A stretch of DNA of 63,856 nucleotides, the filler included. It is 5 parts of 5 records of this genome, joined end to end, with 100 filler letters (N's around TTAATTAATTAA, not from the genome) between each part and the next. Parts side by side here need not be neighbours in the genome. Positions count along the whole stretch, not along the records: positions 16,351 to 32,967 come from SRR22947727_5805; 4 more parts are not named here. One strand, written 5' to 3'. Shown here one piece after another: positions 21,014 through 31,111 of the stretch (position 1 is the stretch's first letter; every line of letters begins with the position of its first letter). The position numbers were made by a program, and so were the translations under genes. The notes under the pieces are model-generated. The model saw only the letters and a list, made by a program, of their open reading frames with translations, was not told the origin of the DNA and made no database searches.

Positions 21014-21209
21014 GGTTGATTACTCCTTAATGGCAACAGCAGATCTCAGTTGGCATTGGGGCTTTCGGTTTGTACGAGCGCCACATTGGGGAGATCCGAG
21101 GGAACAAATAATCAAGCCAAGGGCCTGAATCTTGCACCAACCACATCAGGCTAGGACAGGGATGTTGCAATCTCTCTGCACAACAGACATTGAGCTGATT
21201 TCTGTTCTT

Positions 21210-22073
21210 TTAAAGGCCACCAAACAGGCTGAACCATTGCTGCCCCCACCACTCAGAACCTCCGATCCAGGTCAGCCAGATGCCAAGGGCAATAAAAGGG
21301 CCAAATGGGAAGGGTTGTCTCGGCCCTAAGCGTCCAGAGAGACGTCCAACCGTGCCAAAGAATGCGCCGCTAAAAACGGCGATTGCTAAAGCAACCAAAA
21401 CACCTCCCAAGCCAAGCCAAGCGCCTGCGACAGCTGCCAATTTGGCGTCACCAAGTCCGAGAGCAGGTTGGCCAAGCATGCGCTCCGCGAGAGCGCTTAA
21501 TCCCTCGAGCGCCAGCAATCCCGCTGATGCCGCCAACAGATGATTGAGAAGCACGGAACTGGCTTCTGGAGCAGGGATCACCAGATAGAGAGCCCCGGTG
21601 AAGGCAAGGCCGAGCAACACGCCGATCCGGCAAAGAGGTTCGGGGAGCCAGAGATGGTCGATATCGATCAACACCAGTGGCAGCAGCACACTGATTAGAA
21701 CAATCCCCGCCAGCAGATTGAGCAACGCCAGGCCTAATTGATCCGAAGCGGCGAGCAATCCATGGCCCCACAACGCGCTCAACCAAAGGAGGGCGCTAAA
21801 AAATTCCACGAATGGGTAGCGGCTTGAGATGCCTTGGTGGCAATCGCGACAACGTCCCCGAAGCCAGACCCAGCCCAACACCGGCACATTGTCGTGCCAG
21901 CGCACCGCCTGACCACACTTTGGGCAGTGGCTGCCAGGCCAAACCACTGATTCTTCGCGAGGCAATCGCCAGGCCACCACATTGGCGAAACTGCCCACAC
22001 ACGCACCAGCCACCACAAGGATCAGACCCAGCACACTTGTCAAAGCCCCGACCCCCTGGGTCGGTCTCGCCAA
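21210..22073 (-). CDS. pilD: Prepilin peptidase (A24)
   Basis: GSFANVV, SHCPKC, GRCRDC, DID, GLGDAKL, PFGPF. Confidence 0.92.
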   Translation of the reverse strand: MARPTQGVGALTSVLGLILVVAGACVGSFANVVAWRLPREESVVWPGSHCPKCGQAVRWHDNVPVLGWVWLRGRCRDCHQGISSRYPFVEFFSALLWLSALWGHGLLAASDQLGLALLNLLAGIVLISVLLPLVLIDIDHLWLPEPLCRIGVLLGLAFTGALYLVIPAPEASSVLLNHLLAASAGLLALEGLSALAERMLGQPALGLGDAKLAAVAGAWLGLGGVLVALAIAVFSGAFFGTVGRLSGRLGPRQPFPFGPFIALGIWLTWIGGSEWWGQQWFSLFGGL

Positions 22074-22369
22074 CCACGCGGACGCCGCAATCGTCGACCG
22101 ATGAGATCGATGCTGATGAAATGTTCTTGAAGCAACAGTGTGGGGCTTGCGAACACAACCCTGCCCTCATCTAACCGCTCATTCACAACAACACCCATCG
22201 GTTCCAGCTGCTGCCCAGACTCAGTTAAGAAGCGGAAGTAGATCCGTCGTGCCAACGCGATCAGACGACGACTATCCACTCTGTCCCAACGCGGTGGAGC
22301 AGTTGTTGATCCACTGGCACCTGCAATCTCAAAGGAGGGAGAGGACAAAAAAAGGACCCACCTGATCAT
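22040..22369 (-). CDS. Hypothetical protein
   Basis: Fills prk-pilD gap on the co-oriented strand; no motif recognised. Confidence 0.55.
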   Translation of the reverse strand: MIRWVLFLSSPSFEIAGASGSTTAPPRWDRVDSRRLIALARRIYFRFLTESGQQLEPMGVVVNERLDEGRVVFASPTLLLQEHFISIDLIGRRLRRPRGWRDRPRGSGL

Positions 22370-22421
22370 TCAGATGAGTCCACGATAGATGTAATCGCTC
22401 GATGTGTATCAAGCAAAGCAA

Positions 22422-23324
22422 TCAGGAGAGTTTGCTTTGGTCTTCAATCATGCGATGAATGATGGGGGTCAAGATGAGTTCCATCGCGAAGCCCATTTTC
22501 CCTCCATTCACAACAATGCTGGTGGGACTGCTCATGAAGGAGTCATGAATCATGCTCAGCAGGTAGCTGAAATCAATGCCCCACTTCTCACGCGCTCCCT
22601 TGCGGAAGTGAATAATCACAAAACTTTCATCAGGCGTTGGGATATTGCGACAGATGAATGGGTTGGAGGTGTCAACCGTGGGCACCCGCTGAAAATTGAT
22701 GTCCGTGAGGCTGAATTGGGGACAGATGTGATTGATGTAGTCCGGCATGCGGCGCAGGATCGTGTCCACGATCGCTTCGGCTGAATAGCCACGCTCGGCA
22801 TTGTCACGCTGAATCTTTTGGATCCACTCGAGATTGGTGATCGGAACCACACCTACGAGGAGATCGGCGAGGGACGCCACGTCGTAGCCGTCTCCGACAA
22901 CGCCACCGTGGAGGCCTTCATAGAACAGGACGTCGGTGCCACCAGGAATGTCTTCCCAGGGGGTGAACTGACCTGGATCCAAGCTCACGCCAAGGCGAGC
23001 ATTGTGTTCAGCAGCTTCTTCTGGACTGTGGAGGTAATAACGCTTCTGACCTCCACCGGTTGCGCCATAGACGCGGAAGAGCTCTTCGAGCTTGTCGAAG
23101 AGGTTGGCTTCTGGACCGAAGTGCGAGAAATTCTCACCCTTCGCAAGCGATTCAGACATGGCGGTCTTCATCGCCATCCGCTCGAAGCGGTGGTAGCTAT
23201 CGCCCTCCACCACTGCAGGAGTGATGTTCTCCCGAGCGAAGATGTGCTCAAAAGCCCTCTTAACAGTGCTGGTGCCTGCACCTGAGGAACCCGTGACAGC
23301 CACGACGGGGTGACGCTTCGACAT
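22422..23324 (-). CDS. prk: Phosphoribulokinase (proteobacterial-type)
   Basis: MSKRHPVVAVTGSSGAGTS, EGDSYH, YEGLHG, INFQRVP. Confidence 0.95.
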   Translation of the reverse strand: MSKRHPVVAVTGSSGAGTSTVKRAFEHIFARENITPAVVEGDSYHRFERMAMKTAMSESLAKGENFSHFGPEANLFDKLEELFRVYGATGGGQKRYYLHSPEEAAEHNARLGVSLDPGQFTPWEDIPGGTDVLFYEGLHGGVVGDGYDVASLADLLVGVVPITNLEWIQKIQRDNAERGYSAEAIVDTILRRMPDYINHICPQFSLTDINFQRVPTVDTSNPFICRNIPTPDESFVIIHFRKGAREKWGIDFSYLLSMIHDSFMSSPTSIVVNGGKMGFAMELILTPIIHRMIEDQSKLS

Positions 23325-23398
23325 CGACGGAGGAAGATCTGGCCCGATGAGTTTGGCAGGTCAAAGGGCAAATTCCACATATTTCCTGCCAGGTTGCA

Positions 23399-24472
23399 TC
23401 ACAGTGTCTTGAGAAGTTCCTCCCCCATCGCCTGACAGCCCAGGGAAGTACAGCCTTCAGACATCAGATCTCCAGTGCGGAATCCGGCTGCCAAAACGCG
23501 ATCCACAGCATGTTCCAGATCGTCCGCAGCTGCGTTTTGCTTGAGACCAGTCCGCAACATCATCGCTGCGGAGAGCACCATGGCCATTGGATTGGCCTTG
23601 TCTTGACCAGCGAGATCAGGAGCTGAACCATGAACGGGTTCATACAAACCAGGCCCTTCGCTTCCCAAAGAGGCTGAGGGAAGCATGCCGATCGAGCCGG
23701 TGAGCATGGCCGAAATATCGCTGAGAATGTCTCCGAAAAGATTGCCCGTGAGCACCACATCGAACTGGCGAGGATCTCTCACCAGTTGCATCGCCGCATT
23801 GTCCACATACAGGTGACTGACATCTACTGCGGCGTACTCACCTTTCATGCCCTCCACGCGATCACGCCACAGTTGGCTGACATCGAGCACATTGGCCTTA
23901 TCCACCGAGCAAAGCTGCCCGCGACGCTCACAGGCGAGCTTGAACGCCACCCTGGCGATTCTGTCGACCTCTGAATCCGAGTAGGTCATGGTGTTGAACG
24001 CTCTCTCTTCGCCATCGGCCTGCACACGACCTTTCGGCTTCCCGAAATAAATACCTCCGGTGAGCTCCCTCACCACCATCAGATCCACCCCTTCCACAAC
24101 TTCAGGTCGCAGGCTGCTGGCACCAATGAGGGCTGGAACAATCTTGACTGGACGGAGATTGGCGAAGAGCTCCATTCCAGAGCGCAGGGCTAGCAATCCA
24201 CTTTCAGGCCGTTGTTCACGTGGCAAGGCATCAAATCGAGGGCTCCCGATCGCTGCAAGCAAGACGGCATCGGCTTCCTTACAAGCTTCAAGGGTGCTCG
24301 CCGGCAAGGGTTCACCAGTGGCATCGATGGCAGAGCCACCAATCGGCGCTTCACTGAACTCGAGCGTGAACCCATGTCGAGCCGACACGGCTTCCAGGAG
24401 CTGCCTCGCCACGGCAGTGATCTCTGGACCAATGCCGTCACCCGGAAGCAAAACAACGCGATGTTGTGGCAT
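23399..24472 (-). CDS. leuB: 3-isopropylmalate dehydrogenase
   Basis: GDGIGPE, RELTGGIYFG, DKANVL, NLFGDILSD, EPVHGSAPD. Confidence 0.97.
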   Translation of the reverse strand: MPQHRVVLLPGDGIGPEITAVARQLLEAVSARHGFTLEFSEAPIGGSAIDATGEPLPASTLEACKEADAVLLAAIGSPRFDALPREQRPESGLLALRSGMELFANLRPVKIVPALIGASSLRPEVVEGVDLMVVRELTGGIYFGKPKGRVQADGEERAFNTMTYSDSEVDRIARVAFKLACERRGQLCSVDKANVLDVSQLWRDRVEGMKGEYAAVDVSHLYVDNAAMQLVRDPRQFDVVLTGNLFGDILSDISAMLTGSIGMLPSASLGSEGPGLYEPVHGSAPDLAGQDKANPMAMVLSAAMMLRTGLKQNAAADDLEHAVDRVLAAGFRTGDLMSEGCTSLGCQAMGEELLKTL

Positions 24473-24500
24473 TGGGTTTCAGAGGGAGGAACCAGAGAGG

Positions 24501-25541
24501 CTACTGAGTGGCTTTCTTAAGTTCGCGAATCTGTTTCGCCATCTCAGGCAATTTGCTGAAGGCTGCTGAACAACGCAGCCAAAGCCTGTTGGGAATAGCC
24601 GGATAGCCACTCACCACTTCACCGGGCTCCACCTCACCATGAATCCCGCTCTTGGAACTCGCGATCGCACGATCACCAATCACCGCTCGGTTGGCCACAC
24701 CAACCTGTCCAGCCAAAATCACCCCATGTCCAAGGCGAGCGCCGCCCGCGATACCCACCTGCGAGGCCAGGGCACAGCCCCGGCCGGTGACAACGCCATG
24801 ACCGATTTGCACGAGATTATCGATCTTTGTTCCCGCACCAATTCGGGTTTCACCAACAGACGGGCGATCAATCGTGCTGCCGCAACCCACTTCAACACCC
24901 TCCTCAAGGATCACCAGACCGGTTTGAGGCATTTTTCGCCAACCACTAGCAGTCGGAACAAATCCAAACCCCTCTGAGCCCACCACCGCGTTGGAGTGAA
25001 CCACGCAATGGTTGGCTAAACGCACTCCAGGGTGAAGCACCGCATTGGCATGCAATTCGCAGGACTGACCGACCCTCACATCGCCATAAATCACAACACC
25101 GGCATGAATGGTGCTGTTGGCACTGATGCGTGTGTCATCGCCAATGCAAACGTGAGGGCCAATCGAGACCCCAGCATCGATCTGAACCCGGTCACCGATC
25201 ACCGCAGAAGGATGAATGGTTGCTTCTGATCTAGGCCGAGGATGCAGACGCTCGAGAGCTTCTGCGAAGGCCAAGCGAGGATCACGCATCACGGCCCAAG
25301 CCAGACCACGCTGCTCTGCCATGGCCTTGAGGTCATCCTGATTGGGAATCAAAACGGCGCCAACATGGCTGGTTTCTAAGCTCTGAATCAGAGCGTTGCC
25401 CTTCTCAAGGAAGCTGAGTTGATCGGCACCGGCTCTCTCCAAAGATGCAGCACCACGGAGCTCAGGATCACTGCTGAGCTGATGCTCAAGCAGACCTGCC
25501 TCTCCGTCCTTAAGGACGGCGATTAACTGGCTGAAACGCAT
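24501..25541 (-). CDS. lpxD: UDP-3-O-acylglucosamine N-acyltransferase
   Basis: Hexapeptide repeats, [22 protein letters not shown]; start placed at ATG 25541. Confidence 0.95.
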   Translation of the reverse strand: MRFSQLIAVLKDGEAGLLEHQLSSDPELRGAASLERAGADQLSFLEKGNALIQSLETSHVGAVLIPNQDDLKAMAEQRGLAWAVMRDPRLAFAEALERLHPRPRSEATIHPSAVIGDRVQIDAGVSIGPHVCIGDDTRISANSTIHAGVVIYGDVRVGQSCELHANAVLHPGVRLANHCVVHSNAVVGSEGFGFVPTASGWRKMPQTGLVILEEGVEVGCGSTIDRPSVGETRIGAGTKIDNLVQIGHGVVTGRGCALASQVGIAGGARLGHGVILAGQVGVANRAVIGDRAIASSKSGIHGEVEPGEVVSGYPAIPNRLWLRCSAAFSKLPEMAKQIRELKKATQ

Positions 25542-25545
25542 CGAT

Positions 25546-26661
25546 TCAGGGGTCTGGTTGGCGGATCGTAGGCGTGCTGAGGACAAGCACGTCTCGATGC
25601 ACCACAACAGGCGAGCCCCCTTGCCGATCAGTCCGCGCTGGCTCATGAACAAGACGTCGAAGCGCCTCACTGCTCAGGGAGCTCAAGCCACGGGCCATTT
25701 CATGGCCTTCCTGATCGAGGATCCGCACGGGTTGATTGGCCTGAAACTCTCCTGTTAAGTGCGTAATGCCAACCAAAAGCAACGAGGCGCCTTTGTCGCA
25801 CAGCGCTTGGCAGGCACCACCATCGATGTGAAGGCTGCCTTGGGGTTGCAAGGCATGGGCCAGCCAGCTTTTGCGATGACCCAGGGGCTGAGGATGGGGA
25901 TGAAAGACCGTGCCTCCACGCCCCCCAGCCAGCATCGTTTCAAGCGTGTGCTGATCACGACCATCCGCCAGATGCACGGTGATTCCACTCGCGGTGGCAA
26001 TCCGAGCGGCCGCGAGTTTGGTGGTCATCCCGCCAGTTCCCCAACGACCTCCATCTCCTGCGCCCTGTTCAAGCGCCTGCAAGTCTGCTGGGTGATGCAC
26101 GTCCGAAATCGGACGAGCGGAGGCATCACTGCGCGGATCAGCGGAATAGAGCCGGTCGATATCGGTTAATAGGATCAAATCATCCGCATCAATCGCTGCT
26201 GCCACCAAGGCTGAGAGCGTGTCGTTATCGCCAAAACGCAGCTCAGCGGAAGACACCGTGTCGTTTTCATTAATGACGGGTAAAACCTTCCATTCGATCA
26301 ACTGGTGCAGGGTTGCCGAAGCGTTCTGATAACTGCGACTGTCGGCTAAGTCAGATCGGGTGAGAAGAACCTGCGCAACGGGGATGCCATGGGCGGCCAT
26401 CGCGTCTTCGTAAAGAGCCATCAGATGGCCTTGACCGATCGCCGCAGCCGCTTGAAGACCTCTGAGCGTGGAGGGTCTTGTCTTCAGGCCTAGGCGCTGG
26501 CATCCAAGTCCAACCGCACCACTCGTGACTAAGACAACACGATCACCGCGCTGAAGACATTGGGCGAGATTCAGGCATAGAGCTGAAATGGCTTCAGCAG
26601 TGCTGCGAGCTTCCGTGCTGCGCAGCAAACTGGTTCCAACCTTTACGACCCGCAGGCTCAT
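25546..26661 (-). CDS. proB: Glutamate 5-kinase
   Basis: [34 protein letters not shown] domain. Confidence 0.96.
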   Translation of the reverse strand: MSLRVVKVGTSLLRSTEARSTAEAISALCLNLAQCLQRGDRVVLVTSGAVGLGCQRLGLKTRPSTLRGLQAAAAIGQGHLMALYEDAMAAHGIPVAQVLLTRSDLADSRSYQNASATLHQLIEWKVLPVINENDTVSSAELRFGDNDTLSALVAAAIDADDLILLTDIDRLYSADPRSDASARPISDVHHPADLQALEQGAGDGGRWGTGGMTTKLAAARIATASGITVHLADGRDQHTLETMLAGGRGGTVFHPHPQPLGHRKSWLAHALQPQGSLHIDGGACQALCDKGASLLLVGITHLTGEFQANQPVRILDQEGHEMARGLSSLSSEALRRLVHEPARTDRQGGSPVVVHRDVLVLSTPTIRQPDP

Positions 26662-27170
26662 GCCTGGCCTGCTCCCAGCCATCGAGCGAGTTGTCGCTCC
26701 AACACTTGAACGCGATCGTGACGACAGGGCGTTCCGTCTGCACTTAGGGGTCTCACCAAAACGGTATAGAGACCAAGACGGTTTCCTGCAAGAACATCCG
26801 TAAACACGCGATCCCCAACCATTGCGATCTGCTCTGGCTTGAGATCCAGGGTCTCCATCACACGTCGGATCGCACCGCGACGCGGTTTAGCTGCTGAGCT
26901 GGTGAAGCCAATTCCAAGCTGCTCAGCCACAGCCCCAATTCGCTCGCGGGAGGGATTGTTACTGATCAAATAGAGATGCGTATGGCGTTGAGCCGATTGG
27001 GCCCAGCGAAGGACAGAGGCAGGCAACGCCACATCACGTCCTGGAAGAAGGGTGCGATCAACGTCAAGCAATAAGGCTTTGATCCCTCTGCCAAGCAAGG
27101 GTTCCAACGGAAGATGGGCCAGTGTTAAGCCTGGATCCCAATCAGGTCGCAGCCAATCACGACGCATCAC
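26658..27170 (-). CDS. YqeG-family HAD IIIA phosphatase
   Basis: DVDRTL, SNN, KP, MVGDRVFTD. Confidence 0.9.
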   Translation of the reverse strand: MMRRDWLRPDWDPGLTLAHLPLEPLLGRGIKALLLDVDRTLLPGRDVALPASVLRWAQSAQRHTHLYLISNNPSRERIGAVAEQLGIGFTSSAAKPRRGAIRRVMETLDLKPEQIAMVGDRVFTDVLAGNRLGLYTVLVRPLSADGTPCRHDRVQVLERQLARWLGAGQA

Positions 27171-27712
27171 TCGGAGAGCTCACGCTCATCAAGCTCAGCC
27201 TCGATTCGAGGTTGAATTTGATCGAACTCATCCCCTTCCACCAAAACTGCAGCGCCATCATCCATTCGGGCTACAACAAAGAATGGATCTAAAGGGATGT
27301 AGAGCCCATATTCCAATTCATCGACCAAAAAACTCACCAGCAATTCATAGGTCTCCGATTCATCGTCACCCGCCTCATCCTCATCGAGATCTTCAGGATC
27401 GGGCTCATCGAGCTCACCATTCACCGTGAGGGTGACCGCGGAGCGGACAAGGGTGAGGTCATGCTCTTGAAGAACCACATCAGCCACCGAGAGAATCGGT
27501 TCATTGCTTGTGATGCTGTCGATGACTTCAGGCTCATCCCCATCCTTCAACCTGAACAAACAGACCGGAGTATCAACAGGGGTCAGTAACGCGTAATCCT
27601 TACCATCGAGTGGGATGAGCTGCTCTAGGAAACAAAGAAGATCACGGCCTTCACTGTCTTTAACCAGCAGCGTTGGCACGTCTCCGCTGTTATTAGGCCC
27701 GCTAGAACTCAT
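27167..27712 (-). CDS. DUF3727 domain protein
   Basis: Acidic; YALLTPVDTP, LVRSAVTLTV, YIPLDPFF; the longer ORF extension overlaps ruvX. Confidence 0.8.
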   Translation of the reverse strand: MSSSGPNNSGDVPTLLVKDSEGRDLLCFLEQLIPLDGKDYALLTPVDTPVCLFRLKDGDEPEVIDSITSNEPILSVADVVLQEHDLTLVRSAVTLTVNGELDEPDPEDLDEDEAGDDESETYELLVSFLVDELEYGLYIPLDPFFVVARMDDGAAVLVEGDEFDQIQPRIEAELDERELSE

Positions 27713-27731
27713 TGCTAAAGAATCAATACCC

Positions 27732-28208
27732 TCAGGATCCTTCATCGCCGTCCGTCTTGCTAGCAGACGGGGTCGCCATGTCGACCGGTTCAGGCTCTGG
27801 CCCATCAGCGAGCCATTGTTCAAGGAGGAGTGAAGCGGCAGCACTGTCAAGTCTTCCGCTGCGATCCCCATGCAAGCCATGACGTTCGGCCGCGGCCCAA
27901 CTACTGCTGTGTTCATTCACGAGCGCCAAAGGCAGTTTTAAAGCCACGGCCAGGCGCTGACCGTAACGCTGGCAGTGGGTTGCTTGCTCTGTGAATTGAC
28001 CTTCTGCATCAAGGGGTAAACCCACAACAAGGCCCTGCACGCGACGGGTCAGGCAGATCTGTTCCAAATGCCCAAGGTCTTGCTTAAACGCTCTGCGTAA
28101 AAGAGCTGGGAGGGGGCTCACCGTGATCCCCAGAGCATCACACCCTGCCAAGCCGATGCGCTTGCGCCCCACATCCAGGCTCAACATCGAACGGGGAGAT
28201 GGACTCAC
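27732..28208 (-). CDS. ruvX: YqgF/RuvX family nuclease
   Basis: LDVGRKRIG, VVGLP, NEHSSS, DSAAA. Confidence 0.92.
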   Translation of the reverse strand: MSPSPRSMLSLDVGRKRIGLAGCDALGITVSPLPALLRRAFKQDLGHLEQICLTRRVQGLVVGLPLDAEGQFTEQATHCQRYGQRLAVALKLPLALVNEHSSSWAAAERHGLHGDRSGRLDSAAASLLLEQWLADGPEPEPVDMATPSASKTDGDEGS

Positions 28209-29275
28209 GATGAGCTCTCACGACCCAGTGATGGCGTCGGCAAGGGCGGCTGCTGTGGTTGGAGACGACCCAGCATCGATTCCAGAGGACGGATACCACT
28301 GAGCTCTCGGCTACCAAGCTTGCGCCAGAGACTGCGGCCCAGGACGAGTTGGGTTTGCTGCGACTGGAATCCACAACGCTGAACGATGGACTGGAGACGG
28401 GCATCATCGTCATCAACCAGGAGTTCAGGGGTTGGTTGAAGTCGGGACAAACGCGCCAAAGCGGGAGGCAAGGCATCCTTGAGGCGGTCATCCCAGGCCA
28501 AACCTCGCAACAGCTCAAGCCTTGGTCTGGCAAAACCAGAGGGTCTGGCAACAAGTCCTGCCAGCACCTGATTTTGATCGAAATCGATCCGCTCTAAGAG
28601 GCCGCAACCCTTCGCGCGTTGATCGACAAGGTCCTGCCATTGGCGATCAAGAATTTGGCGATGATGCGTTGAACAACAGGCTTGCTCGAGAGCGAGCAGT
28701 TGTCTTGCGGTGCTGTTGTCGAGAGCGCTCCAACGACAATGAGGTGGCATCTCGGAGGTTGGTATCCCTGAGAGGGAGGAGGGATCAAGCCGCCAAACCC
28801 CAAACCTCCTGAGCGGTTGAAATCCCAGTTCACGAACCAAATCAAGCTGGTCTTGATCGTTGCTATCGCAGCGGATCAACCAACTCTGTGAACGGGCGAC
28901 CCCATCGCTAAGCGCTTCATGAAGCAACCTGCGGATCACAGAAATCCTGCTCGTGCCCGTTGGTTCCTGCCGTTCCTCGAGTTCGAGTTGCCAACAGCTG
29001 CTACGGCGGTTTAGCGAGCGCAAAACCACAAGAGAGAGCAATCGCTCAGCCCTTGCATCGTCTTGCTCCAGAGCGACCAGCACCCGCAACTTGCGGAGCA
29101 GCCAAGCCTGGGGAATCATGGCTTGCGGTTGATCGGCCCATTGGTTCGATGAACTGATCTGAGCAGATGTCAACAGCAAGCGCAAATGGGATGCGTTGAG
29201 AGCTTCCACCCGAGGAGAGCTGCCGGATGCTTGATCCACATCGCGTCCGCTGTAGATCATTAATGTATCGCTCAC
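28205..29275 (-). CDS. Conserved picocyanobacterial protein, possibly degenerate tandem GNAT fold
   Basis: Long co-oriented ORF overlapping ruvX start; two '..[LC]GFQ' GNAT-like endings. Confidence 0.65.
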   Translation of the reverse strand: MSDTLMIYSGRDVDQASGSSPRVEALNASHLRLLLTSAQISSSNQWADQPQAMIPQAWLLRKLRVLVALEQDDARAERLLSLVVLRSLNRRSSCWQLELEERQEPTGTSRISVIRRLLHEALSDGVARSQSWLIRCDSNDQDQLDLVRELGFQPLRRFGVWRLDPSSLSGIPTSEMPPHCRWSALDNSTARQLLALEQACCSTHHRQILDRQWQDLVDQRAKGCGLLERIDFDQNQVLAGLVARPSGFARPRLELLRGLAWDDRLKDALPPALARLSRLQPTPELLVDDDDARLQSIVQRCGFQSQQTQLVLGRSLWRKLGSRELSGIRPLESMLGRLQPQQPPLPTPSLGRESSS

Positions 29276-29292
29276 CTCGAGCAGCCGAGGAT

Positions 29293-30459
29293 TTAGGCAG
29301 GTCGAACCAACACAAGGGGGGTCCGTTCGTTGGCATTGCCAGCAGGGTTTGGCTTCAGGGCACGGTGAAGCAATGCTTCATCGCAACCACGACTGGAAGC
29401 CAGCACTTTGACCCGACCTAGATCATTGACATCAACGATCGCCACCGCAACGCCAAGCGTCTCAGCGGCAGCATTGCAAAGCTCTGCTGGAGAGTCCGGA
29501 CCAAGAACAATGGTTTGGTCATAGGGAGGTGTGGTGCCGGTGATGTCGTCAATCAGTCGTGCTTGGTCACCGGCAAGTCGATAGAACCAACCCTTCTGAC
29601 CCACAAGTTTTAAAACGAACCCCACACTCCAAGCCACCAAAACGCGAGTAGGACCAACCTGATCGATCAACGTTTGAAGGCCGCAGGCTGTTGCCAAGCT
29701 GCTCGTGGGATGAAACACACGGCACAGCAAGCGGGCAACCCAACTTGGCTGGACCGTGGAGGGATGAGCGTATCGGCCCTGAATCACAGCAACAGGAGTT
29801 TCCCCAATCGTGAGGACATCTCCGGGCTGAATCAGACCACCTGCGTAGTGCCTCAGCACATCAACCGTGTCATCTAAGGGACCCAGCAAGTGCGTTTTGA
29901 TGGGCAAAACCGCGCAGCCATCTCCTTGACGGAAGGAAGCATCAGCCAGCTGGAGCGGTTCGGGTTGACGGGTTGGAACAACCATCCCTTGACGGCGATG
30001 TAAGCGGCCAAACGGCCCGTAATTCACCCAGTGCACATCAACCCAAACGCTGTCGACGCGATCGTTGATCGCGACCTCTTGATCGGAACTGAATGTGAAT
30101 TGCACCTTCACCTGAGTGCTCTTGCAGCCTTTCACGATGTAAGCGGCCCAATATCCATCCGGGCGGGCCTCCTCATCGGGGTGATGCGGAGTGATTTTGG
30201 TCTGAACGTTGACAGAACTCAGGTCGCTATTCCCGAGCAATGTGGGGTCCACTCCAAGCTCTGGAACCATCACTTCCATGCGCTGATGCGGATTCGTGAT
30301 TGTCAACCAACCCTCAAGAACGAGGCTTTTTGGCGTGTGTTGCACTTGCCAATCGTGGGCGCGTAATTGAAGGGGTGACGAAGGCCTGAGCCTGTGCCGC
30401 GCCTCCATCCAAAGCACACCGATGCCGAGCAGGAGCAAGATCAGCAACAGCGTGCACAT
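29293..30459 (-). CDS. F420-0:gamma-glutamyl ligase (CofE)-like protein with N-terminal membrane anchor
   Basis: IKTH, IGETPVAVIQGR, IDD.TGT.PPYD, DVNDLG, NPAGNANE.TP. Confidence 0.75.
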   Translation of the reverse strand: MCTLLLILLLLGIGVLWMEARHRLRPSSPLQLRAHDWQVQHTPKSLVLEGWLTITNPHQRMEVMVPELGVDPTLLGNSDLSSVNVQTKITPHHPDEEARPDGYWAAYIVKGCKSTQVKVQFTFSSDQEVAINDRVDSVWVDVHWVNYGPFGRLHRRQGMVVPTRQPEPLQLADASFRQGDGCAVLPIKTHLLGPLDDTVDVLRHYAGGLIQPGDVLTIGETPVAVIQGRYAHPSTVQPSWVARLLCRVFHPTSSLATACGLQTLIDQVGPTRVLVAWSVGFVLKLVGQKGWFYRLAGDQARLIDDITGTTPPYDQTIVLGPDSPAELCNAAAETLGVAVAIVDVNDLGRVKVLASSRGCDEALLHRALKPNPAGNANERTPLVLVRPA

Positions 30460-30518
30460 AGGAAAACGGTCAGCTGACCGGAAACAATCAAGCAGCGTAA
30501 AGCGTTCCGGTGGATTGA

Positions 30519-31097
30519 TCAGCGCGACATCACTTCTGTATTGAGCTCGTTGAAGCTGATTGTGGTGCTGCCCTCGGAAGGTGCCTCAATTCCAGTGGCT
30601 GCACTGACGGCAGCATTGATGACTTCAAGAGGAACCTGTCCATCCTCATCGAGCAAAACGGTGCCTTTGCCATCAATGACGACGACCTGCGGAATGGTGC
30701 CATGCCAATAGGTCGCTGGATCGGATGGGTCTTGGCTGTCATCTCCCTGAAAGGCATCGGTGGTGAAGGGCAACAGTTCCACCTCTCGCCCCCACAAACG
30801 CTGCAGTTCAGACACAACAGGCGCAAAAATCTTGCTAGTGCTGCTGTCATCCAAATAGAAGACGATCACGCTGGTGCGTTCTTTGTCTAAAGCGTCCTTC
30901 AGGGTTGTAGCGGGTGGGACCAGTGATCCATTGCCTGCATACAACGCAAAAATATTGCCGTCGTAACTATCGGTGTCCCTGGCTGCCTCGGCTGGGCTTG
31001 CAATCAGCAGCAAGCACAATCCCGCAGCGAATAGAGAACGCAGGACCGGGCGCATGATGCTGAGCAAAGGCATGGTGCTGAACAGTGGATGCAGCAT
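30519..31097 (-). CDS. Thylakoid lumen thioredoxin-like protein (slr1796/PSI accumulation factor family); start may be 31055-31073
   Basis: Signal peptide ending AEA, YDGNIFALYAGNGSLVPP, IPQVVV. Confidence 0.75.
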   Translation of the reverse strand: MLHPLFSTMPLLSIMRPVLRSLFAAGLCLLLIASPAEAARDTDSYDGNIFALYAGNGSLVPPATTLKDALDKERTSVIVFYLDDSSTSKIFAPVVSELQRLWGREVELLPFTTDAFQGDDSQDPSDPATYWHGTIPQVVVIDGKGTVLLDEDGQVPLEVINAAVSAATGIEAPSEGSTTISFNELNTEVMSR

Positions 31098-31111
31098 TCT
31101 GACCGCTTGGA

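Noticed and set aside
21014-21209. tRNA or sRNA in the accD-pilD gap
   Set aside because: No cloverleaf/T-loop signature or convincing stable structure
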